In this document: one piece after another, positions 1-8,868 of the stretch | Numbering within the stretch: position 1 is the first letter of the stretch | How the letters are laid out: each line of letters begins with the position of its first letter | Assembly: GCA_963756425.1 (NCBI GenBank) | Contig: CAVWNW010000003.1 | Location: forward strand, 117,642-181,641 | Direction: 5' to 3' | Length of the DNA: 64,000 nucleotides | From: an uncultured bacterium | Lineage (GTDB): Bacteria; Actinomycetota; Acidimicrobiia; Acidimicrobiales; VFJN01 | Position numbers and translations under genes: made by a program | The notes under the pieces: model-generated | Told to the model about the DNA's origin: nothing | Database searches by the model: none | Seen by the model: only the letters and a program-made list of their open reading frames with translations

Positions 1-728
1 CGGACGGCTCCGGCGGGTGGCGGATCACCGGCCAGAAGGTCTGGACGTCCTATGCGCTCATGGCGCAATGGTGCATCCTCGCCGCCCGCACGTCGGTCAA
101 GGCGGCCAAGCACAAGGGCATCACCATGTACCTGGTGCCGATGGAGAGCCAGGGCATCACGGTGCGGCCGATCCCCAACCTGCTGGGGCCTCACCACCTC
201 AACGAGCTGTTCCTCGACGAGGTCAGCGTCGGTCCCGACAACGTCCTCGGCCCAGTGGACGCAGGCTGGAGCGTGATCCGCGAGGCGCTCAAGTTCGAGC
301 GGATCGGCATCGCCCGCTATGCGCGCTGTGACCGGCTGCTCACCCTGCTCCGCGAAACGCTCGGCGATCGCTGGGCCGAGCTCCCCGCGGCGCTGCGGGC
401 CCGCTGGACTCGGGCGCGCGTCCACACCCGGGCGGCGATGGTCCTCGCCTATCGGGTCGTCGACGCGCAGGCCCGGGGCATCGTGGACGACGCCGACGCC
501 AGCGTCGCGCGGGTCGCGGCGACGTTGTGCGATCAGGAGGTGGCCGAGGTGCTGCTAGAGGCACTGGCGGCCCAGGCGGTCGACGACGGCCACACCCGGC
601 ATCCGGTCCTTCACGGCGCGGTCGAGGACCACTGGCGGTACGCGCAGGCGGCGACGGTGGCATCGGGAACGATCGAGATCCAACGGATGCTCGTGGCCCG
701 TGGGGCGCTGGCGGGCGACATCCGATGA
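1..728 (+). CDS. Acyl-CoA dehydrogenase, C-terminal part (5' end upstream of window)
   Basis: Frame of ORF 60..728 stays open to the window edge. ACAD C-terminal helical-domain sequence is present (ERIGIARYA, GTIEIQRMLVARG). Stop TGA 726-728 overlaps the next ATG (ATGA). Confidence 0.8.
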   Translation, partial: DGSGGWRITGQKVWTSYALMAQWCILAARTSVKAAKHKGITMYLVPMESQGITVRPIPNLLGPHHLNELFLDEVSVGPDNVLGPVDAGWSVIREALKFERIGIARYARCDRLLTLLRETLGDRWAELPAALRARWTRARVHTRAAMVLAYRVVDAQARGIVDDADASVARVAATLCDQEVAEVLLEALAAQAVDDGHTRHPVLHGAVEDHWRYAQAATVASGTIEIQRMLVARGALAGDIR

Positions 729-1681
729 ACCTCGAGTTGCCGGAGACGGCGATCGACTTCGGTGCCGCGGCCGAGCGGGCGTTCACCGACGCCGGCGGCG
801 TGGACCTCGCACGCCGCGCCGAGGCGGAGCCCGGCCTGCGCGCCGAGCTGGTCGGCCCGCTGCTCGATCTGCTCGGGGCGCTCGACCTGCGGGTGACCGA
901 CGACCTCGACACCGCACTGGCGGGCGGCGAGCTGTGCCGGGTCGCCGGGCGCTGCGCACTGCCCTACCCCGTGATCGCCGTCCTGGCATCCGGGATCCAG
1001 GATCAGCTGCCGGCCGCGCTCGTCGACCCCGTCGTGCCCCGGGCTGATCACGGCGACCTGTTCCCCCACTGGCGGCTGGCCGCAATCGATGGGGCCGTGT
1101 GGAAGGGGCGGCCCGAGGGCCCGCCGCTCGGCACCGAGCTGGGCCCCTTCGTCGTGGACATGGTCGCCTCCGCGACCGACGCCGAGCCGGTCGACGTGCC
1201 GATGCTGCTCACGCTGACCGCCTGGCAGACCCTCGGCACCCTCGAGCGTGCATTGGAGCTCGCCGTCGAGCACGTCAACACGCGCCACCAGTTCGGCGGC
1301 CCGCTGGCCCGGTTCCAGGCGGTGCAGTTCCAGATCGCCGACGCCGCCGTGGCCGTCCAGTCGCTGCGTGTGCTGGCCCACTTCACGCTGTGGCGCCTGT
1401 GGGTGGCGCCGCTCGACCGTCTGGTGGACGCCCTGGCCCTGCGGGCCCAGGCCCTCGAGAGCGCCCACGCCGTGCTGCGCACCAGCCACCAGCTCCACGG
1501 GGCGATCGGCTTCTGCGACGAGCACGACCTGTCGATCCTCAGCCGCCACGCGCAACCCCTCCTCCGCCTGTCGGCCGGGTTCGAGGCCACCACCGAGCAG
1601 CTCATGGCCGCCGTCGACCACACTGGGTTCGACAGCCTGTTCGACGCCGGCGCTACCGCACGTGCCGCCCACAAGGGGTGA
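725..1681 (+). CDS. Acyl-CoA dehydrogenase-family protein, probable partner subunit of the upstream ACAD
   Basis: ATG 725 sits in an ATGA overlap. ACAD C-domain motifs are present (HQFGGPLARFQAVQFQIAD, HQLHGAIGFCDEHDL). The N-terminal region is atypical, as in beta-type subunits of heteromeric ACADs. Confidence 0.7.
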   Translation: MNLELPETAIDFGAAAERAFTDAGGVDLARRAEAEPGLRAELVGPLLDLLGALDLRVTDDLDTALAGGELCRVAGRCALPYPVIAVLASGIQDQLPAALVDPVVPRADHGDLFPHWRLAAIDGAVWKGRPEGPPLGTELGPFVVDMVASATDAEPVDVPMLLTLTAWQTLGTLERALELAVEHVNTRHQFGGPLARFQAVQFQIADAAVAVQSLRVLAHFTLWRLWVAPLDRLVDALALRAQALESAHAVLRTSHQLHGAIGFCDEHDLSILSRHAQPLLRLSAGFEATTEQLMAAVDHTGFDSLFDAGATARAAHKG

Positions 1682-1693
1682 CAGGAGGGGTAT

Positions 1694-2437
1694 ATGAGCA
1701 AGGTGGCGGTCGTCACCGGGGGGAGCGGCGGCATCGGCTTCGCCTGCGGCGAGGCGCTGGCGGCCGCCGGGTACGACGTCGTCCTGACCGCGCGCCGGCC
1801 CGAGCCGCTGCGGGCGGCGGCCGACAAGCTCGGCGCCCGCTGGGTCGCGGCCGACAGCGCCGACGAGGGGCAATTCGCCGCCGTGGTCGCGGCCGTCGAC
1901 CACGTCGACTTCCTGGTTCACGCCGCCGGCATCCTCGACGGCACGTTCGTGCGCAAGGAGGCGCCGGAAACGTTCGACCTTGTCATCCGGGCGAACCTGC
2001 GCTCGGCCTTCGTGGCCACCGCAGCCGTGTTGCCCAAGATGTCTCCGGGTGGGCGGATCGTCTTCGTCTCCTCGACGGCCGGGTTCCAGGGCATGAAGGG
2101 CCGATCGGCCTATTCGGCCTCCAAGGCCGGTATAAACGCCTTCGCCCAGTCGCTCGCCGCCGAGGTGGCCCGCGACGGCATCAACGTCCACGTGGTGGCG
2201 CCGGCACCGGTCGACACCCCCATGCTCGACCGGGTGACGTTCCCCATGCACGTGCTGAAGTCCCGCGACATCGCGGACGTCGTCGCCTTCCTCGATCGCC
2301 TCGACCCGAGCGTCGTGCTGCCGGAGATCGTGCTGCGGGCCGCCGCCGAGGGTCCCCTCGCCTCCGACCCGATCATGCCCGAGGCGGCGGTCCTCAAGGC
2401 CGCGCGGTCGGCCGATCGCCCGGCCGAAGGGTCCTGA
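1694..2437 (+). CDS. Short-chain dehydrogenase/reductase (SDR)
   Basis: VVTGGSGGIG Rossmann motif and YSASKAG catalytic YxxxK. AGGAGGGG RBS lies 5 nt upstream of the ATG. Confidence 0.85.
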   Translation: MSKVAVVTGGSGGIGFACGEALAAAGYDVVLTARRPEPLRAAADKLGARWVAADSADEGQFAAVVAAVDHVDFLVHAAGILDGTFVRKEAPETFDLVIRANLRSAFVATAAVLPKMSPGGRIVFVSSTAGFQGMKGRSAYSASKAGINAFAQSLAAEVARDGINVHVVAPAPVDTPMLDRVTFPMHVLKSRDIADVVAFLDRLDPSVVLPEIVLRAAAEGPLASDPIMPEAAVLKAARSADRPAEGS

Positions 2438-2446
2438 GGCCCGGGC

Positions 2447-3229
2447 ATGTCGATCGACTACGAGCAGGACGCCCACGTCGTCACCATCACGATCAACCGC
2501 CCCGAGGCGCACAACTCCCTCGACATGGAGCACTTCCGCAGCCTGCTCGGGGCGTGGACCCGGTTCCGGGACGACGAGTCGGCATGGGTGGCCGTGGTCA
2601 CCGGGACGGGCAAGGCCTTCTGCACCGGCGCCGACCTCAAGAGCTTCATCCCCGAGCTGACGGGCACGCTGGAGCGCCCCGACGGCTGGGACCGGATGGA
2701 CGCCCTCCACGCCGTCCTGCACCGGTTTCCCATCTACAAGCCGATCATCGCCGCGGTGAACGGGGTGTGCGTCGCCGGCGGGATGGAGATGCTCGGCTCG
2801 ACGGACATCCGCGTCGCCACGCCGGACGCTCGCTTCGCGGTCATGGAGCCCAAGCGGGGCCTGTTCGCGGGCGGCGGCACGACCGTCCGCCTGCTGCGCC
2901 AGATCGCGTACCCGCACGCCATGGAACTGCTGCTGACCGCCGACATGATCGACGCCGAGCGGGCGCTGACGATGGGCCTGCTCAACCGGGTCGTCCCCCC
3001 GGACGAGCTCATGCCCACGGCCTACGACTACGCGCGACGCATCGCCGAGAACGCCCCGCTGGCGGTGTTCGCCACCAAGCAGTCGGCGATCGAGGGCCTG
3101 TCGCTCGGCCTCGAGGAGGCGTTCGACAACGAGGCGCGGCACACGGACCGGGTCTTCGCGACCGAGGACGCCAAGGAGGGGCCGCGGGCGTTCGCAGAGA
3201 AGCGCTCCCCGGTCTGGCAGGGCCGCTGA
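2447..3229 (+). CDS. Enoyl-CoA hydratase/isomerase (crotonase fold)
   Basis: ITINRPEAHNSLD, VTGTGKAFCTGADL and AAVNGVCVAGGMEM motifs. Confidence 0.85.
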   Translation: MSIDYEQDAHVVTITINRPEAHNSLDMEHFRSLLGAWTRFRDDESAWVAVVTGTGKAFCTGADLKSFIPELTGTLERPDGWDRMDALHAVLHRFPIYKPIIAAVNGVCVAGGMEMLGSTDIRVATPDARFAVMEPKRGLFAGGGTTVRLLRQIAYPHAMELLLTADMIDAERALTMGLLNRVVPPDELMPTAYDYARRIAENAPLAVFATKQSAIEGLSLGLEEAFDNEARHTDRVFATEDAKEGPRAFAEKRSPVWQGR

Positions 3230-3319
3230 CGCAGCGCCCCCACCCCGTTCCGGCGTTCGGAAGCGCCGAAAACCGGCACACGCGAACGCCGGTACCGGCT
3301 CGTCGGGCCGCGCGCGGGG

Positions 3320-3811
3320 CTACGGGTGTGCCCAGCCGGGCGACGTCGGCCAGTGCCGCCGGGATCGCTTGCGCCGGTGATCCGGGTCGAAGCGGGCTGC
3401 GGCCTCGCGGTAGGCGCGGCCGGCGGTGGTCGCGGCGGCCATCCCCCAGTAGTCCATCTCGTACGACCAGCGACCGCCGCCGGCGTACTCGTAGACGGTG
3501 ATGCCGGGGAAGTCGAGCGGCCGGCCGCCCGGCTCGGGGTTGTCGCGCCGGTTCTGCATGTGGACCACGACCCGGTCCCCGTCGACGACGTGCCACTCGT
3601 AGACGGTGTAGAGCTCCGGGAACTCGTCGTTCATGAGCTGCGTGCACCAGGTCCGGAACTCGGCCGGGGTCTTGCGGCCGTAGTAGTGGTCGATGTACAC
3701 GGCCTCCTCGGTGTACAGGGCCGCCTGTGCCGCCCAGTCCTCCCCCACCGGGCCGACCCGCCACAGGTGCCGGAACGCCTCCTCCACCTCGCGGGGATCG
3801 TGCTCGTCCAT
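3320..3811 (-). CDS. NTF2/SnoaL-like fold protein
   Basis: 163-aa ORF with non-artefactual composition and a GGAGG RBS upstream of ATG 3811. The SnoaL-like pattern is a weak family call. Confidence 0.55.
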   Translation of the reverse strand: MDEHDPREVEEAFRHLWRVGPVGEDWAAQAALYTEEAVYIDHYYGRKTPAEFRTWCTQLMNDEFPELYTVYEWHVVDGDRVVVHMQNRRDNPEPGGRPLDFPGITVYEYAGGGRWSYEMDYWGMAAATTAGRAYREAAARFDPDHRRKRSRRHWPTSPGWAHP

Positions 3812-3826
3812 GGCCGTCCTCCCCGT

Positions 3827-4774
3827 TCAGTAGCCCGCCACGCGGTCGACGACCCCGGCCAGGGGCTCGCCGGCGACGTACGACCGCAGGTTGTCGACGA
3901 ACCTGTCCAGGAGCCGGCCGAGGGCTCCGGGCGCCGACCACGAGACGTGGGGGCTGAGTCGCACCCTCGGGTGCGCATACAGCGGGTGGCCGCTCGGCAG
4001 CGGTTCGGGGTCGGCGACGTCGAGCGTGGCACGGGCGACCCGCCCGTCGTCGAGGGCCTCGAGCAACGCCGCCTGGTCGATCAGGTGGCCTCGGCTCACG
4101 TTGACCACGTGGACGCCGGGTTTGACGCCGGCCAGCGCCTCGGCGCCCAGGAGATGCCACGTCGCCGGCGTGGACGGCGCGGCCACGACCAGGTGGTCCG
4201 CGGCCGCCAGAACCTCGGCGAGGTCGCACAGTCGCATCCCGGACAGCGGCGCCGGCGCGTCCGTCCGCCGGACGAAGCACACACGCATGCCGAACGCCAG
4301 CGCCCGTCGCGCCACCTCGGTGGCGATCCCGCCGGCGCCGATGAGGCCCAGCGTTCGCCCCTCCAACCCGCCCAGCTCCGCCATGGCCCAGTGCTCCGGC
4401 GGGTCGTGGACCCACACGTCGGGCAGCTGCTTCTCGAACGCGAGCATGGCCGCCAGCACGAACTCGGCGATGGGCACGGCGCTGGCGCCGCGGCTGCAGG
4501 TGAGCGTCACCTCGTCGGGCAGCGCATCGATCGGGAACCTGTCGACGCCGGTCGACAGCGAATGGACCCAGCACACACCGCGCGCCACGACCTCACCGAG
4601 GTTGGGCGTGCCCCACGGGAGCGTGAGCAGGACCTCGCCCCGGACGTCGTCGAGCAGGGCCTCGTCCGCCGGCACATCCACCACCCGCGTAGCGGGGACG
4701 GCGTCGACGATCCGCTTCGCAGCGTTGCCGCCCAGATGGTTCAGGACTGTGGGCGTGCCGGCGTCAGAACGCAC
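3827..4774 (-). CDS. D-isomer-specific 2-hydroxyacid dehydrogenase family, NAD-binding
   Basis: GRTLGLIGAGGIATEVA nucleotide-binding motif and the VNVSRG..ID / D..EPLP / P.V.LSPH pattern. GTG 4774 chosen as start, 2 nt after the upstream stop. Confidence 0.8.
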   Translation of the reverse strand: MRSDAGTPTVLNHLGGNAAKRIVDAVPATRVVDVPADEALLDDVRGEVLLTLPWGTPNLGEVVARGVCWVHSLSTGVDRFPIDALPDEVTLTCSRGASAVPIAEFVLAAMLAFEKQLPDVWVHDPPEHWAMAELGGLEGRTLGLIGAGGIATEVARRALAFGMRVCFVRRTDAPAPLSGMRLCDLAEVLAAADHLVVAAPSTPATWHLLGAEALAGVKPGVHVVNVSRGHLIDQAALLEALDDGRVARATLDVADPEPLPSGHPLYAHPRVRLSPHVSWSAPGALGRLLDRFVDNLRSYVAGEPLAGVVDRVAGY

Positions 4775-4776
4775 CT

Positions 4777-5185
4777 CTAGCCCGCGCGTCCGCCCTCGAC
4801 CGGCGCGTCGCCCCCCGGCTGCTTGATGAACACGCTGACGTGGCCGATCAAGCCGGCATCGTCCCGCTCGAACACGATGCATTCCGGGTAGGTGGTCGGC
4901 TGCCCGTCAACCTCGAACGTCTCGCTGAGCTCCACGTACGACAACCCGTCCGAGGCATGCGTCACGCCGGCTGACCCGCAGCTCGTAGCCCCGCAGCGAC
5001 GTGATGATCCCCCGGAGGAAGTCGACGTAGGCCTGCTTGCCCTCGACCACGTCGCAGAAGGGCCCGTCGCGCACCAGCCCCTCGTCGGCGATCGTCGCCG
5101 CCAGCCCATCCCAGTCGTGGGCCGCCATGCACGCCAGGTAGCGCTCGACGGCGGTCGTGGTGTCGGTGCCGGTGGTTGCGCTCAC
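4777..5185 (-). pseudogene. SnoaL/NTF2-like protein, frame-disrupted as sequenced (+1 nt near 4965-4972)
   Basis: The N-terminal half (VSATTGTDTTTAVERYLACMAAHDWDGL...GYELRVSR) and the C-terminal half (VTHASDGLSYVELSETFEVDGQPTTYPECIVFERDDAGLIGHVSVFIKQP) lie in different frames. Total length is 409 nt (3n+1). GTG 5185 overlaps the livF-like stop (GTGA). Confidence 0.6.
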
Positions 5186-5940
5186 GGGACCTCCTCGCCG
5201 ACCGCGGCGGCCACCGCAGTCTCGTCGACACCCAGGTAGTGGTCGAGCAGGTCGGCGCCCACCCCGTCGGCGGGACCGGACCACACGACGCGGCCGCGGC
5301 GGAGGATCAGGGCCACGTCGGCGAGCTCCAGGGCCCGCTCGATGAACTGCTCGATGAGCACGATGGTGACGCCCGCCGCCTTGGCGCTGGCGACCACCTC
5401 GAACGTCGACGCCACCAGCTTCGGCGCCAGGCCCAGCGACAGCTCGTCGGCCACGAGCAGGCGAGGCGGGGCGGCGAGCACGCGGGCCAGCGCCAGCATC
5501 TGCCGCTCGCCACCGGAGAGCGTCGCCCCCGCCTGGCGCCGGCGCTCGGCCAGTACCGGGAACAGCTCGAGCGCACGGTCGATCGCCGCAGACCGTTCGG
5601 GCTTGGGAACGGTCCGGCTCACGGCCAGGCGGAGGTTCTCGGCCACCGACAGCCCCGGGAAGATGCCGCGCCCCTCGAGCACGTGGGTGACACCGGCGCG
5701 GGCGACCCGGTGGGCGGGCCAGGAGGTCACGTCCCGGCCGTCGAGCCAGACCCGCCCCGCCGTGGGCGTGACCAGTCCGGAGATGGCACCCGCCAGGGTG
5801 GACTTCCCGGCGCCGTTCGCCCCCAGGACGGCGACGACCGAGCCCCGCGGGACCTCCAGCGACACGTCGAAGAGCACCCGCGAGGCGCCGTAGTCGACGT
5901 CGAGCCCCTCGACCGACAGGAACGGCGCAGCGCCGGTCAA
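5182..5940 (-). CDS. livF: Branched-chain-amino-acid-type ABC transporter ATPase (LivF-like)
   Basis: Walker A GANGAGKST, signature LSGGERQ, Walker B LLVADE. TTG 5940 overlaps the upstream TGA. Confidence 0.85.
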   Translation of the reverse strand: MTGAAPFLSVEGLDVDYGASRVLFDVSLEVPRGSVVAVLGANGAGKSTLAGAISGLVTPTAGRVWLDGRDVTSWPAHRVARAGVTHVLEGRGIFPGLSVAENLRLAVSRTVPKPERSAAIDRALELFPVLAERRRQAGATLSGGERQMLALARVLAAPPRLLVADELSLGLAPKLVASTFEVVASAKAAGVTIVLIEQFIERALELADVALILRRGRVVWSGPADGVGADLLDHYLGVDETAVAAAVGEEVP

Positions 5941-6758
5941 CCGACCCGCTCCGTGCCGATGTACGCGGCCTGCACGACGGGATCGGAGCGGATCTCGGCC
6001 GGCGTCCCCGAGGCGATGCGCCGGCCGAAGTCGAGCACGTCCACCCGGTCGGACAGCCCGAGGACGAGCTCGAAGTCGTGCTCGACCAGCACCAGCGCCA
6101 CCCCCTCGTCCTGGCACACGCGCAACAGGACCGACGCCAACTGCTCGGTCTCGCGGCTGTCGAGGCCCGACGACGGCTCGTCGAACAGCACGACCTTGGG
6201 CGCACCCGCCAGCGCGCGACCGACCTCCACCAGGCGTGCGGTGCTGAGGGGCAGCGAGTTGGCGGGCTGGTGCTGGACGTGCGTCAGCCCCAGGTTCTGC
6301 AACAGCCGGTCGACCCGCTCCCGCTCGCCGGCCCCGCGCGCCCGTGCGCCGAGCCCGATCAGGTCGCGCAGGTAGCTCTGCCGGCCGTGCAGCCAGCGAT
6401 AGCTGACCTCCAGGTGCTCCCGGACCGTGAGCTCGGCGAACAGGTGGGCGCGCTGGAACGTGCGGGCCAGGCCGCGACGAGCCCGTTCCTGGGGCGGGAG
6501 ATGCGTGACCCGCTGGCCCTCGATGAACACCTCGCCGGGCGACGGCTGGAGCAGCCCCGACAGCACGCCGAAGAGCGTGGTCTTGCCGGCGCCGTTGGGG
6601 CCCACGACCCCGAGGATGCGACCCGGTTCGACCCGCATGCTCACGTCGTCGAGCGCCGCCAGGCCGCCGAAGCGCACGGTCACGCCGCGGGCCTCGAGCA
6701 GCGCTGGCTCGGGCTCGCCCGTCGCCCCGTTGGTCCGCGTCGCTGCCACTGCCGGCAC
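5937..6758 (-). CDS. livG: Branched-chain-amino-acid-type ABC transporter ATPase (LivG-like)
   Basis: Walker A GPNGAGKTT and Walker B VVLFDEPSSGLD. GTG 6758 lies 2 nt after the permease stop. Confidence 0.85.
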   Translation of the reverse strand: MPAVAATRTNGATGEPEPALLEARGVTVRFGGLAALDDVSMRVEPGRILGVVGPNGAGKTTLFGVLSGLLQPSPGEVFIEGQRVTHLPPQERARRGLARTFQRAHLFAELTVREHLEVSYRWLHGRQSYLRDLIGLGARARGAGERERVDRLLQNLGLTHVQHQPANSLPLSTARLVEVGRALAGAPKVVLFDEPSSGLDSRETEQLASVLLRVCQDEGVALVLVEHDFELVLGLSDRVDVLDFGRRIASGTPAEIRSDPVVQAAYIGTERVG

Positions 6759-6760
6759 CC

Positions 6761-8704
6761 TCAGGCCGCCTGTGCCGTGGGCTCGGCCGCCACGGGCTCG
6801 TCCGCGGCACGCGTCCCCCGGTCCAGGCGCAGGATGTGCCGCCAGTGATCGACGGTCTGGGCCACGATGCCGCGCGGCTCGCGGGCGACCAGGATGGCGC
6901 CGAGGCCGAACAGCATGACCGGCACCTCGGCATAGGTGTCGGGCACGTAGGCGCTGAACAGCGCCGGGAACAGCGAGAACGCCACCCCGGCCAGCAGGGC
7001 GCCGACCACGCTGCGCAGGCCCCAGGTCACGACCACGGCCAGCCACACGATGCCGATGAGCGCGTTGAACGAGGCCGGCGTGGCCCGACCCGAGAAGCTG
7101 GCCATCAGCCCGCCGCCGACGCCGGCGATGAACGCCCCGATGGCGAACGTCGCCACCTTGGACCGCTCGGTCGCGACGCCGATCGTCCGGGCTGCGAGCT
7201 CGGACGACCGGATGGCCGCCAACGTCAGCCCGGTGGTGGAGCGCCGCACGTTGAGGACGAGCACCGCCGCCACCAGGAACACGCCGAGCGCGAGGAAGTA
7301 GAAGCGGAAGTCGGTGTCGAACTCGAAGCCGAACAGCGACGGGCGCGGCAGGAACTGGCCGGCGTGGAGGTTGTCGATGCGGTCGATGGAGAACAGGGCG
7401 CTGTCAGCCAGCACCGCGAAGCTGAGCGTCGCCAGTGCCAGGTACAGCTCGCCGAGCCGCAGCCCGAGGACGGCCACGAGCACGCCGAACGGCACCGCGC
7501 CCAGCGCCGCCACGAGGATGGCCGGCGTGGCCGACCAGCCGTAGAACTCGGTGAGCTGCGCCGCCCCCATGGCCCCGATGCCGGCGAACGAGATCTGGCA
7601 CAGCGAGATCATGCCGCCTTCGCCGGTCACCAGGACCAGCGACAGCATGGCGACGGAGACGGCGACGCCCGAGGCCACCACGCCCAGCCAGAACGACGTC
7701 AGCACGTAGGGGATCGCGAACACGGTCGCGACCAGCACGACCCCCACGGCCACACGCGCGTACCGCTGGCCGGCGCCGGTGGCCGCCGTCCGGGTCAGCA
7801 GCGCCGTGGTGGGCGCCTCCTCGCCGCCACGCCGGTGCTGCCGCAGGCCGTACGCCACGAGGAACACGATCATCACGACGAACGGGATGCTCGGCCGCGC
7901 GGCGCGCGCCAGCCAGCCCGAGTCGGGCAGCACCTTGGTGACGAGCGTCTGCGCCAGGCCCAGGCCGAGCGCCCCGACGAACGTCCACGGGAGGCTCGTC
8001 AGGCGGCCGATGACGACCGCGGCGAACGACGAGATCAACAGGATGCTGAACGAGACCTCGTTGAGGCCGAGCACCGGCGTGAGCAGCACCCCGGCCAGCC
8101 CCGCCATCGTCGTGCCGATCATCCAGGCCGCGGCCGTGACCACCCCGGGGTTGATGCCCAGGACCGACGCCAGCGGCCGGTGGTCGACGACCCCGCGCAC
8201 CGTCAGCCCGAACATCGTGAACCGCAGCACCACCGCCAGCGCCAGGCCGACCACCACCGCGCTCACGAACACGGCGATCTGGTTGGCGTTGAGGGTGACG
8301 CCGAAGACGTCGACCTCCGGCACCGGGGCCGTGAAGAACCCCGGGGGGAGCGCCGGTTCCTCGGCGATGAACAGCGTCTTGGCGATCGGAGGGATGGCGA
8401 CCGAGAGCCCGATCGTGGCCACCAGCTGCACGGTCGTCGGGGCGTCGGTCAGGCGCCGGAACAGCACCGCCCACAGCAGCAGGCCAAGGAGCGGGGCCAC
8501 GACCCCGATCGAGATCAGCGCCGCGCTCCACGTCGACCATCCCCGCTCGGTGTTGAGCTCGTAGAAGAGCAGGGCGATGAAGAACGCCAGCGCCCCCTGG
8601 GCGAAGTTGAAGATGCGGGACGAGACGTAGGTCAGGACGAGGCCAAGCGAGGCGATGGCGTAGATCCCGCCGAAGACGAGCCCCGAGACGATCAGGACCT
8701 TCAC
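6761..8704 (-). CDS. Fused LivH-LivM-type ABC permease (647 aa, both permease domains in one chain)
   Basis: Long hydrophobic ORF with two successive LIV-type permease halves (N-terminal LGLVLTYVSSRIFNFAQGA; second half ISLCQISFAGIGA). Confidence 0.8.
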   Translation of the reverse strand: MKVLIVSGLVFGGIYAIASLGLVLTYVSSRIFNFAQGALAFFIALLFYELNTERGWSTWSAALISIGVVAPLLGLLLWAVLFRRLTDAPTTVQLVATIGLSVAIPPIAKTLFIAEEPALPPGFFTAPVPEVDVFGVTLNANQIAVFVSAVVVGLALAVVLRFTMFGLTVRGVVDHRPLASVLGINPGVVTAAAWMIGTTMAGLAGVLLTPVLGLNEVSFSILLISSFAAVVIGRLTSLPWTFVGALGLGLAQTLVTKVLPDSGWLARAARPSIPFVVMIVFLVAYGLRQHRRGGEEAPTTALLTRTAATGAGQRYARVAVGVVLVATVFAIPYVLTSFWLGVVASGVAVSVAMLSLVLVTGEGGMISLCQISFAGIGAMGAAQLTEFYGWSATPAILVAALGAVPFGVLVAVLGLRLGELYLALATLSFAVLADSALFSIDRIDNLHAGQFLPRPSLFGFEFDTDFRFYFLALGVFLVAAVLVLNVRRSTTGLTLAAIRSSELAARTIGVATERSKVATFAIGAFIAGVGGGLMASFSGRATPASFNALIGIVWLAVVVTWGLRSVVGALLAGVAFSLFPALFSAYVPDTYAEVPVMLFGLGAILVAREPRGIVAQTVDHWRHILRLDRGTRAADEPVAAEPTAQAA

Positions 8705-8868
8705 GGGCGAGCCCCTGCCGACGCCACGCTGTTAGGACCTGAGCGAATAGCCACGTCGTCTGGGCTCACGGTGGTCAGCGCTACCGGAGGCCGAGCTGTC
8801 TCGCCTGGGCTCACGCTGCAAATCCCGTACTGCTCTGTGCCCACATGCGGGCCTATCCGCTCGGCCTC

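Noticed and set aside
611-3142. 843-aa minus-strand ORF and many similar long ORFs (for example 1099-3501 +, 3009-4574 -, 10884-12569 -, 11411-13621 +, 17932-19884 +, 30306-32051 -, 38082-39860 +, 43962-45104 -)
   Set aside because: Arg/Pro/Gly/Ala-rich, low-complexity translations typical of off-frame or antisense reading in ~70% GC DNA. Each is fully overlapped by a gene with recognisable domains on the other frame or strand.
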